Shown here: one piece after another, positions 17,824-26,212 of the stretch
Numbering within the stretch: position 1 is the first letter of the stretch
Layout: every line of letters starts with the position of its first letter
From: Alistipes sp.
Lineage (GTDB): Bacteria; Bacteroidota; Bacteroidia; Bacteroidales; Rikenellaceae
Assembly (NCBI GenBank): GCA_017520545.1
Contig: JAFXFM010000003.1
Location: 5,062 to 69,061 of the forward strand
Length of the DNA stretch: 64,000 bases
Direction: 5' to 3'
Translations under genes and position numbers: made by a program
The notes under the pieces: generated by a model
Database searches by the model: none
What the model was told of the DNA's origin: nothing
What the model saw: the letters and a program-made list of their open reading frames with translations, nothing else

Positions 17824-18936
17824 ATGGGATTAAAGATTTACTCTTCGCATCTCAACTTGTGCGACACCCCTTCCCTCTCCATTAAAGTGGCAGTGGAGGG
17901 TGTTCCGACAGAGGACATCTGCGGTATGGTATTTTGTGGCACAAGCAACACCCTCGAATATCATCAACTGCTCGACAACATCAAGTCGGCTACCGTTGAG
18001 GTGTTGGGGCGGAGAGTCCCTGTTACGCTTATTCCGCAGTATCTGCTACCAAATGGGGGTTTCTCTCTCCACATCTATACGCTCGACTCGCCCGCTACAA
18101 TCCGCTTCGAGGAGCAAGAAGGTGTTTGCTGTGGCGTCATCAATAGTGATGCCGACGAGATGCTCTTTGTGGAGGGTATCCCATCTTCCAACTTCGCAGC
18201 AAGCGTTAAGGTGCAGGGCGAGGAGGTGTTTGCGAAGTTGGCAAATCTGCTCTCGACATACGGTTTTGAGGTTGATGATATTGTTCGTCAATGGAACTAC
18301 ATCGGTAATATCGTGGCGTGCCGAGAGGGTAAACAGAACTATCAGGAGTTCAATGATGCCCGCTCACACTACTACGCAAAGGGCTCGTGGAAGAACGGCT
18401 ACCCCGCAGCCACAGGCATCGGCTCGAACGACGGCATCGTGGTTGGCGGTATCGCTTTTAAGGCGAAAGGGGCGACTAAGGGTATTTTCCCTATCGACAA
18501 CCCGTTGCAGGTAGCGGCTCACGTCTACTCGAAACAGGTACTTATCGATGATGGCGAGAATGCGGTAAAAAGCACACCTAAATTCGAGCGTGCGAAGTTG
18601 ATTGAGACCAAAGATGGTCCATACTGCTTCGTTTCGGGCACGGCGGCTATTCGAGGTGAAGCGAGCGTAGATGCAAATTCGGCAAAGATGCAGACCATTC
18701 GCACAATCGAAAATATCGAACACCTCGTATCGAAGGAGAATTTGGTGCGTTTCGGCTGCAACCCATACGATTTGCAGTACACCTTTCTGCACGTCTTTGT
18801 GAAGAATGCAGGGGATTACGACGAGGTTCGAGCCGTAGTTGAGGAGCGATGCCCGAATGTAAAGGCGCTCTACTCTGTTGCCGATGTGTGCCGAAGCGAA
18901 TTACTTGTTGAAATAGAGGGAATACTAACATTGTGA
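17824..18936 (+). CDS. Chorismatase FkbO/Hyg5-like (Rid/YjgF-fold) protein
   Basis: IVRQWNYIGNI, YQEFNDAR, YPAATGIG, NPLQVAAHVY, PKFERA, FVSGTAAIRGE, ADVCRSELLVEIEG. No signal peptide. Confidence 0.8.
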   Translation: MGLKIYSSHLNLCDTPSLSIKVAVEGVPTEDICGMVFCGTSNTLEYHQLLDNIKSATVEVLGRRVPVTLIPQYLLPNGGFSLHIYTLDSPATIRFEEQEGVCCGVINSDADEMLFVEGIPSSNFAASVKVQGEEVFAKLANLLSTYGFEVDDIVRQWNYIGNIVACREGKQNYQEFNDARSHYYAKGSWKNGYPAATGIGSNDGIVVGGIAFKAKGATKGIFPIDNPLQVAAHVYSKQVLIDDGENAVKSTPKFERAKLIETKDGPYCFVSGTAAIRGEASVDANSAKMQTIRTIENIEHLVSKENLVRFGCNPYDLQYTFLHVFVKNAGDYDEVRAVVEERCPNVKALYSVADVCRSELLVEIEGILTL

Positions 18937-18940
18937 TACT

Positions 18941-20353
18941 ATGAAAAAAGTTCTGATTTTCACTCTTTGTCTGCTCTTTACGACACTGCAAGTCGTTGCT
19001 AAGGAGCGGTGTTCGGACGAGGTATTTTTGAGGAGAACATATCTCACGGTTACGGGCGCACTGCCAACACCGCAGGAGTGTGTGAAGTTTCTCGACAGCA
19101 CAAGTCCGAACAAACGCGAGGTGCTGGTAAACAGACTCCTCAACAGTGAACTCGGACTTAAATATATGCAGATGCGCTGGGGCGACATCCTGCGTATAAA
19201 GTCGGAGTTCCCGAGCAACCTTTGGCCAAATGGCGTTCAGGCGTACAACCGCTGGGTCTATGAGCAGTTGCTTAACAATGTTCCATACGACCAGATGGTG
19301 CGCAAACTGCTCCTCTCCGAGGGCAGCAACTTCCGCGCACCGGCAGTAAACTTCTATCGCGGTTTTCAGAAGCGCTCGCCCGAGAACGTCTATGCCAACA
19401 TTAACCTACTCTTCTTGGGCGATAGAAATTGCACCGACAACGGACACCTCTGCTTCTCGCAGGTGAAGTTCAAATCGACAAAGGAGTGGAAGGAGGAGAT
19501 TATCTATCTCGATATTCACCAGAAACTCCCGACGCAAAAAATTGTGTTGAAGGACGGCACCGTTCTCACCCCAAAACTTGACAATGATTGGCGCGAGGAG
19601 TATGTTTCGTGGCTTACTTCGCCATCAAACCGCCGTTTTGCCGAGGTTATGGTGAACCGATTGTGGTTTTGGGTCTTCGGCAAGGGCATCGTACACGAGC
19701 CGGACGATTGGAACGAAAACAACAAACCTTCGGACCCCGCTCTATTGAAGGAGCTTACCGACTACTTCATAAAAAACAAGTTCGATATCCGAAAGATGAT
19801 GAAGAGGATTCTCCTATCGGACGAGTTCAACTCGAAGGCTGCTCCCGAAGGGTTCTATGTGCCTCAACGACTGCCTGCGGAGGTTATCGTCGATGCACTC
19901 GCCTCAACAACGGGCAAATGGAGCACTTACAGCAGCCGTGTGCCAGAGCCATTCACCTTCTATCCGCCACGCACCCGCTCGACCCATTTGGGCGATGCCA
20001 CAGTGTCGTCGTCAGAGTTGGAACTCTTTGGTAAGGTGTCGCGAGATGTCTCGTTGGAGAGTCAGCGCAACAACGCCATAACTTCGCGTCAGTTGCTCTA
20101 TTTGATGAACTCGTCGGCACTCGAACGACGTATCCGCAAGAGCGACACTTTGAAGCAGATTTACTTGGATAATGGCGACCTGCCTTCGGTTGCCAATGCA
20201 ATAACCCTCTTGGTGCTTTCGAGAAGAGCTACGCCGGAGGAGATTTCACTATATGAGGAGTATCAGAAGCAGGATAACCTTCCGTTGATGGAGTTGGCAT
20301 TCGACATTATGTGGATGCAGTTAAATAGCAACGAATTCCTATATAACCACTAA
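18941..20353 (+). CDS. DUF1549 + DUF1553 domain protein (PVC-type), secreted
   Basis: SDEVFLRRTYLTVTGALPT, NVPYDQMVRKLL, FAEVMVNRLWFWVFGKGIVHEPDD, QRLPAEVIVDAL, terminal NSNEFLYNH. Confidence 0.9.
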   Translation: MKKVLIFTLCLLFTTLQVVAKERCSDEVFLRRTYLTVTGALPTPQECVKFLDSTSPNKREVLVNRLLNSELGLKYMQMRWGDILRIKSEFPSNLWPNGVQAYNRWVYEQLLNNVPYDQMVRKLLLSEGSNFRAPAVNFYRGFQKRSPENVYANINLLFLGDRNCTDNGHLCFSQVKFKSTKEWKEEIIYLDIHQKLPTQKIVLKDGTVLTPKLDNDWREEYVSWLTSPSNRRFAEVMVNRLWFWVFGKGIVHEPDDWNENNKPSDPALLKELTDYFIKNKFDIRKMMKRILLSDEFNSKAAPEGFYVPQRLPAEVIVDALASTTGKWSTYSSRVPEPFTFYPPRTRSTHLGDATVSSSELELFGKVSRDVSLESQRNNAITSRQLLYLMNSSALERRIRKSDTLKQIYLDNGDLPSVANAITLLVLSRRATPEEISLYEEYQKQDNLPLMELAFDIMWMQLNSNEFLYNH

Positions 20354-20363
20354 ACACAACGCT

Positions 20364-21638
20364 ATGAAAACAAGATATTTTTCACTACTAATTTTGCTGT
20401 TTGCCATCTGCTTTGGGGCGAATGCTCAACGAGCAAAATCGGTTATTTTGGTCTATTTGGACGGTGGTCCGGCACAAACCGACACCTTCGACCCTAAACC
20501 AAATGCGGGTAGAAACTACTACGGTAACCTCAAAGATGTTTGCAAGACAAATGTCGAGGGCATCGAGATTGGTCAGAAGTTGCCTCTGCTCGCCACTATG
20601 GCGGATAAATACTCGTTGATACGAAGTATGACTCACGGCTCGAACGCCCACGAAACGGGACACTACGCGATGATTACGGGCGACACCTCGCGCGGAGCGG
20701 TTGTATATCCTTCGTTTGGTGCGGTTATCTCCTATATGTTACGTGATACCTACAAGGGGGTCTTGCCTTGCTACATCTCACTGACAAGCGCCAACAGCCG
20801 CTTTAACGAGGGTGGTTTCCTCGGCAACACATACAAATCATTCGACACGGGTGGAAGACCCGAGTGGGCAGAGTTCGAAGTTGAGGGCGTGGTGAATAAG
20901 TTTGTCGATAAGGAGCGAATGAATAAACGAATGGCCCTGCTCAACAAGTTCGAGGGAGAGAACTCGATGGATAAGAAGCTTATTGACTCGTTGAGGGCCT
21001 CCAATATGGAGTTTATATGGGGTGAGAGCCGCGAGGCGTTCAACCTTAAAGATGAGCCCGACTCGGTGAAGCAGCGATATGGCAAAAACCGTCTTGGGCA
21101 GTCGTGCCTTGTGGCGCGAAAACTTGTTGAGGCGGGCGTTCCATTCGTAAATGTCCGTACAACAGGCTGGGATACCCACAAGAAGCACTTCCAACGAATG
21201 AACACGATGTTGCCACAGTTGGATAAGGCGTTGTCGGCACTGATTGCCGACTTGGACGCACGAGGTCTGCTCGAAAACACCATCGTTGTTTGTGGTGGTG
21301 AGTTCGGACGTACGCCGAAGGTGTTGTGGGAGGCGCCTTGGAATGGTGGTCGTGCCCACTACGGCAAAACCTTCAGCTATCTCGTTGCAGGTGGCGGATT
21401 CTTAGGCGGCAGAGTTGTGGGAAAGACCGACAAGACGGGCGAAAATGTTGTCGAAAGAGCCGTTTGCCCTTGCGATTTGATCGGCACAATATACCTACTT
21501 ATGGGCATCGACCCGTACGGCACACTGCCACACGTGTCGGAGGGCGATTTGCCAATTCTTCCTTCGTTGCTGGAGAAGAAGAGCGACGGATTACTCTATG
21601 AAATCATCGACATTAAAAAGCCAGACTATGAGAAATAG
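20364..21638 (+). CDS. DUF1501 domain protein, secreted
   Basis: AKSVILVYLDGGPAQTDTFDPKP, SLIRSMTH, GQSCLVARKLVEAGVPFV, GWDTH, LIADLDARGLLENT, GEFGRTP. Confidence 0.92.
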   Translation: MKTRYFSLLILLFAICFGANAQRAKSVILVYLDGGPAQTDTFDPKPNAGRNYYGNLKDVCKTNVEGIEIGQKLPLLATMADKYSLIRSMTHGSNAHETGHYAMITGDTSRGAVVYPSFGAVISYMLRDTYKGVLPCYISLTSANSRFNEGGFLGNTYKSFDTGGRPEWAEFEVEGVVNKFVDKERMNKRMALLNKFEGENSMDKKLIDSLRASNMEFIWGESREAFNLKDEPDSVKQRYGKNRLGQSCLVARKLVEAGVPFVNVRTTGWDTHKKHFQRMNTMLPQLDKALSALIADLDARGLLENTIVVCGGEFGRTPKVLWEAPWNGGRAHYGKTFSYLVAGGGFLGGRVVGKTDKTGENVVERAVCPCDLIGTIYLLMGIDPYGTLPHVSEGDLPILPSLLEKKSDGLLYEIIDIKKPDYEK

Positions 21639-23718
21639 AAGATTTGCACTCGCCATTTTGTGCGCATTCTTTGCCATTTCGGCCTATGCGCAGCGACTAA
21701 CTTCAGGTTATCTCTTCCCGGCAGGCGGACAAGTAGGCACCACTGTCGAGATTGAGGCGGGCGGACTCAATATAAATAAAGCGACTAAGGTCCTGTTTAA
21801 CCACCCCGGTATTCAGGGAAAAGTTATACCTGTTAAAGAGTCGGCAACAAATAGAAGAAAACGCAGAAGATTGAACGACCAGAGTAGTCCGCAACTTGCC
21901 GATAAGGTTAAGATACAAATTAGCATCGATAAGGATGTACCTTGCGGTTTGTACGACCTGCGCCTGCAAAGCCCAAAGGGACTATCCAACAAACTTCCTT
22001 TCGAGGTTTCGTCCTATCCGAACTTTGTCGAAAAGAGGGAAAAGTCGCAGATTTGGAGCCCTAACGAGGTAACATCGTTGCCTGCCGTTTTGTGTGGATA
22101 CGTTACCCCTGGCGGTATCGACTACTTCCGCTTCTCAGGCCGTAAGGGCGAAACCATCGTCGCTTCGGTTAAGGGACGACAGCTCGTGCCATATATCGCA
22201 GATGCGGTGCCGGGTTGGTTCCAGCCCGTTATCAAAATTGTCGATTCGAAGGGGCGCGAGATCGCCTATTCGGACGACTACTACCACAATGTCGATCCCG
22301 TGATTATCACCACCCTGCCGAGAAATGATCGATATACCATTATGATTCACGACGCCATCTACCGTGGCCGTCAGGATTTTAATTATCGTATTCAACTCGG
22401 CGTCATTCCGTTCGTAACGGGTCGCTATCCCGCTTATGGCGTAGCAGGCAAGAGGGTGAAGCAGCAGCTTGAAGGTGTTAATCTCAACGAAACAAAAGCT
22501 GTGGCAAGGGTTAAGCAGGAGGGTTATAACCAACTCTCCTTCACCAACGAAATTGGCACCTCAAACGCCTTTCCGTTCTACACCTTGCCAAAGGGCACAA
22601 GGCTCATTCACGCGCCAAAAGATGGAGCCGAACTCTCGCTGACAACGGCAATATCCGACTCGCTAACCTCGGAGTCGAGGGTGAAAAAGTATAAAATCTA
22701 CGCCGAGAAGCGTGTGCCTATTATTGTGGAGTTGATAGGTCGCAGAAACGGTTCTCGAATTGACGCAGTTTTGCGATTGAAGGATAGGTTTGGCAATGTT
22801 CTTGCCCAGGCGGACGATACAGAGGATCCGACACAGGGCCTCATAACATTCCACGCCGACCCAACGCTCAAATACTTCCCGAAAATCAATGGCGAACTGA
22901 CACTCGAAGTCGAAGACCTTCACCGAGGATATGGCAAGGACTATCACTATCTGCTGAGAATGCACAACCAACTGCCATCGTTCAACGCCTTTGTTTCACC
23001 GGCGTATATCACCACTCCGTCGGGCGGCACTTCGCAGTTCCGCGTAAATGTAACCGGAAAGTTGAGAAAACCTGCAAACCTCGTGGTTAAGGGGTTACCT
23101 AAGGGCTTCACAACAAGCTGCCTGAAATTCCACGGAGGTCGCAGCTGGGACGTATCCATCACCTCACCAAAGGGAACACCCGTAAAGCGCCACCCAATAG
23201 AGTTGAAATTGGAGTATCCGGCAGGTAAGGGCGAGCGCGAACAGGCAAAAGTTCTGCCTGTGGATAATATGACTCAGGCGTTCTACTACACACACCACAT
23301 TCCTGCTGCCGAGTTGGCTGTCGATGTGGTTGAACCGTCGCCTTATCGTATGTCGCTGACCTTCGATATCAACGAGGCGGTGATGTTCTCGCTAAATGAC
23401 GAGTCGATACCTGTGAAAATTGTGGTTGATAAAGACCCTAACTTCAACGAGCCAATAGAGCTGTCGTTGGGCAAGAAGAATAGAATCTTCTCGCTCGAAC
23501 CGGTTTCGATAATGCCGGAGGAGAGCGAAAAGACCATCTACATAAAGTTGAACCCTGTCGCTTTGGAGCGTTTCAAGACCAGAAAGAACCGCCCTATTTG
23601 GCAGATGTATATTGTTGGTATGGTCAAGGGCGAGATTGTTCAGCGTGGTCGCCGCCGATTCCAAAACGCAAAGTATAGCGAGATGACGCCTATATTTATG
23701 ATAAAGGCGGAGAAGTAA
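21628..23718 (+). CDS. PVC-type PPC (pre-peptidase C-terminal) / Ig-like domain protein, secreted
   Basis: YLFPAGGQVGTTVEI, DYFRFSGRKGE, IDAVLRLKD..GNVLAQADD, YHYLLR. Start MRNRRF overlaps the DUF1501 stop by 11 nt. Confidence 0.8.
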   Translation: MRNRRFALAILCAFFAISAYAQRLTSGYLFPAGGQVGTTVEIEAGGLNINKATKVLFNHPGIQGKVIPVKESATNRRKRRRLNDQSSPQLADKVKIQISIDKDVPCGLYDLRLQSPKGLSNKLPFEVSSYPNFVEKREKSQIWSPNEVTSLPAVLCGYVTPGGIDYFRFSGRKGETIVASVKGRQLVPYIADAVPGWFQPVIKIVDSKGREIAYSDDYYHNVDPVIITTLPRNDRYTIMIHDAIYRGRQDFNYRIQLGVIPFVTGRYPAYGVAGKRVKQQLEGVNLNETKAVARVKQEGYNQLSFTNEIGTSNAFPFYTLPKGTRLIHAPKDGAELSLTTAISDSLTSESRVKKYKIYAEKRVPIIVELIGRRNGSRIDAVLRLKDRFGNVLAQADDTEDPTQGLITFHADPTLKYFPKINGELTLEVEDLHRGYGKDYHYLLRMHNQLPSFNAFVSPAYITTPSGGTSQFRVNVTGKLRKPANLVVKGLPKGFTTSCLKFHGGRSWDVSITSPKGTPVKRHPIELKLEYPAGKGEREQAKVLPVDNMTQAFYYTHHIPAAELAVDVVEPSPYRMSLTFDINEAVMFSLNDESIPVKIVVDKDPNFNEPIELSLGKKNRIFSLEPVSIMPEESEKTIYIKLNPVALERFKTRKNRPIWQMYIVGMVKGEIVQRGRRRFQNAKYSEMTPIFMIKAEK

Positions 23719-23748
23719 CCAATCGCAACAATCATTTCGAACACAACG

Positions 23749-23783
23749 AGCAGAGGGGCGCATTTGCACCCCTCTGCTTTTTT
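23749..23783. terminator. Terminator between the DUF operon and the convergent MBOAT operon
   Basis: GCAGAGGGG-CGCATTTGCA-CCCCTCTGC then TTTTTT. Confidence 0.8.
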
Positions 23784-23802
23784 CAACACCTATCCACCCA
23801 TA

Positions 23803-25125
23803 TTACTGCGTCAGGAAGCGCGAATAGGCCGACATTGTAGTTCCTGTGGCGGCGAACACTGCGTTGTGCGCCATTACTACATCGGTTATTTTATTCTGTG
23901 CGATATATCTCTTGATGTTGTGGGTGAAGTAGCGCAAGTCGATAACGTGAATCTCCTCGAACGAGTAGAAGAGGTAACCCGGAATGGCATTGCCGAAACT
24001 GTCCTTAACGATAATCACGCGACGTCCATTCTTTGTCGAGGTACGCACCTGCGTAATTTTGCTGTCGCCACCCATAAATGTACAGTAAGCATTTCCCGAG
24101 CCATTCTTGAAGGTGTAGAAGTAGTTGCCCGCAACCGGAGCAAGTTCCGACGTAATGTTGAACGACTCGTCGAGAGCGTAGTTGATATATGTGGTCTTAT
24201 ACTCCACCTCACGCGGCTTATGATAGACAAAATCCTCGGGAGAACGCTTCACCGTGATATCACGCGAATAGCGGTACATCGAGCCCACATATCCTGTTAT
24301 CGTATGCTCGTCGTAGTGCGATAGGTCGTTGAATGGCACACCCGCAGCCGCAGCCAAAGCCTTCGCCGCATAGTATCCGCCTCGCGGCGACCAATGGTGG
24401 TCGGTGCGGAGATATATATCCTCGTTACGATGTTTGCGGAGTGGCGTATAGACATCGACGGCTACTACCGCAGAGTCCAGCTGCGAATACGCCTCGGTGA
24501 TGGTTTCGAACTGCGACTTCATACGCGCCTTCGCCCTCTCGGGGCAATAAAATTCGACTGCCGTAGGTATAATCATACAATAGACATTCACCTCCTCGCC
24601 AAGTGTTTTCTTGTAGAGATTTGCCATTTCAGCAAACCTGTTGCACGATTTCACACCACCCCTATACGCCATCAGCGCACGGGCGGTTGGTTGCGAGCCA
24701 ACGATAACAATTCCGTGATTTGCAATTTTGGACTTCGCCTCGACATTTATCTGCACACTATCCGCCGGCACCTCCTCTTCGGCGGCCTGCTCCTCGGTTG
24801 GTTGCTCGGTTGGCTCATCGCCCGCAATAAAGGTTACCTCGTCCTCATCTTTGCCGATTACGGGCATCTTCTTCGCCTTATCGACCTCCATACTCAGCAT
24901 CATAAAGAGGTCGCGATATGGCTCGCTGTCGCTGTACCAGCTCGACAACTCCGACATATACTCACCCGACCAAAACTTCTCCCACGTGAAGGCGGGCATC
25001 TTCGCAAGTTCTCGATTCTCCAACTCCGACACCGTACTACGCGGAAAGAGGTTGAACACCACGAAAAAGGCGGCAACCAAAACGGTTACAATAGTGATAT
25101 ATAGATATGTGCCTGTGCGTTTCAT
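23803..25125 (-). CDS. DHHW-family (AlgJ/AlgX/PatB-like SGNH) O-acetyltransferase, membrane-anchored
   Basis: N-terminal TM, SELENRELAKMP, YLRTDHHWSPRG, KDSFGN. Confidence 0.85.
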   Translation of the reverse strand: MKRTGTYLYITIVTVLVAAFFVVFNLFPRSTVSELENRELAKMPAFTWEKFWSGEYMSELSSWYSDSEPYRDLFMMLSMEVDKAKKMPVIGKDEDEVTFIAGDEPTEQPTEEQAAEEEVPADSVQINVEAKSKIANHGIVIVGSQPTARALMAYRGGVKSCNRFAEMANLYKKTLGEEVNVYCMIIPTAVEFYCPERAKARMKSQFETITEAYSQLDSAVVAVDVYTPLRKHRNEDIYLRTDHHWSPRGGYYAAKALAAAAGVPFNDLSHYDEHTITGYVGSMYRYSRDITVKRSPEDFVYHKPREVEYKTTYINYALDESFNITSELAPVAGNYFYTFKNGSGNAYCTFMGGDSKITQVRTSTKNGRRVIIVKDSFGNAIPGYLFYSFEEIHVIDLRYFTHNIKRYIAQNKITDVVMAHNAVFAATGTTMSAYSRFLTQ

Positions 25126-25143
25126 TCTGTATGGACGATTTCG

Positions 25144-26208
25144 TTATTGCACTATAAATCGCTTATATTTGTTCATCGTACTCTGTGTGCAAGCAAATGA
25201 GATGTTGCTCGCCAAAAGAACATCGGTTATGCCGTTATCCTTGATATATCGCTTCATATTCTTGTTAAAGTAGCGGAAGTCGATAACGTGAATCTCCTCA
25301 AACGAGTAGAAGAGGTAACCCGGAAGCACGTTGCCGAAGCTATCCTTCACAATCACCAAGCGACGACCATTCTTTGTCGAGGTGCACACCTGCGTAATTT
25401 TGCTGTCGCCACCCATAAAGATACAGTATGCCGAAGAGCCCGACAAGTTGTAGAAGTACTTGCCAACAAAGGGCTTGCTCTCGCTCACTATTCTCTTGTT
25501 CGAGTCGATATTGTACTGAATATATGTTGTTGTATACTCCACTCCTTTGGGCTTGTGATAAACAAATCTGTCGGGCGACGAAAGAACGGCTTTGTCGTTG
25601 CCCGAAAATTGGTACATCGAGCCAATGTATCGCTCCTGAACAACCTCTTCGTAGTGCGATAAATCACGGAATGGCACACCAGCAACCCTTGCAAACTCCT
25701 TCGCTGCATAGTATCCGGCGAGAGGGGCCCAATGGTGATCGGTACGGAAGTAAATGGGCTCTTTTACGTGTTGCGCCAAGGCACTATAAACATCGACACC
25801 CTTCACATTGTCGTTCAATGCCGCAAACATTGCATTTACAGCCGCCCCCTGATTCTTTGTCATACTCTTTGCTGCTGTTGGAGCGTAGTAAGCCACAGCC
25901 AAAGGTATAGCGGCAACATATACATTCACCGCGTTGCCCAACACACTCTTGTAGTAGTTGCCGCAATCGGCAAGCGGTTGCGCACCCGCTGCCGGACCTG
26001 CAAATCGGGACATAGCACGCACCGCACCCGTGCGACCGGCGATAATAATTCCGGAGCCCGTCATACGAACAGGGTCGGCAGGATTTACCGTATTGACATA
26101 CTCCACAACGCGATGTGGTGTCTTCGGCGAGCTCTGTGCTTGGGCGCAAATAGTTGTTGCAACAAGCATACAAGCCAAAGCGACTACTATTGATGTTGCT
26201 CTTCTCAT
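25144..26208 (-). CDS. DHHW-family (AlgJ/AlgX/PatB-like SGNH) protein, cleavable signal peptide
   Basis: YFRTDHHWAPLAGY, KDSFGN; paralogue of 23803-25125; start at MRRATSIVV. Confidence 0.85.
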   Translation of the reverse strand: MRRATSIVVALACMLVATTICAQAQSSPKTPHRVVEYVNTVNPADPVRMTGSGIIIAGRTGAVRAMSRFAGPAAGAQPLADCGNYYKSVLGNAVNVYVAAIPLAVAYYAPTAAKSMTKNQGAAVNAMFAALNDNVKGVDVYSALAQHVKEPIYFRTDHHWAPLAGYYAAKEFARVAGVPFRDLSHYEEVVQERYIGSMYQFSGNDKAVLSSPDRFVYHKPKGVEYTTTYIQYNIDSNKRIVSESKPFVGKYFYNLSGSSAYCIFMGGDSKITQVCTSTKNGRRLVIVKDSFGNVLPGYLFYSFEEIHVIDFRYFNKNMKRYIKDNGITDVLLASNISFACTQSTMNKYKRFIVQ

Positions 26209-26212
26209 TGTT

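Noticed and set aside
21628-21660. Possible Tat signal (MRNRRFAL) in the PPC protein
   Set aside because: Lacks the S/T-R-R-x-F-L-K consensus; equally consistent with a basic Sec n-region.
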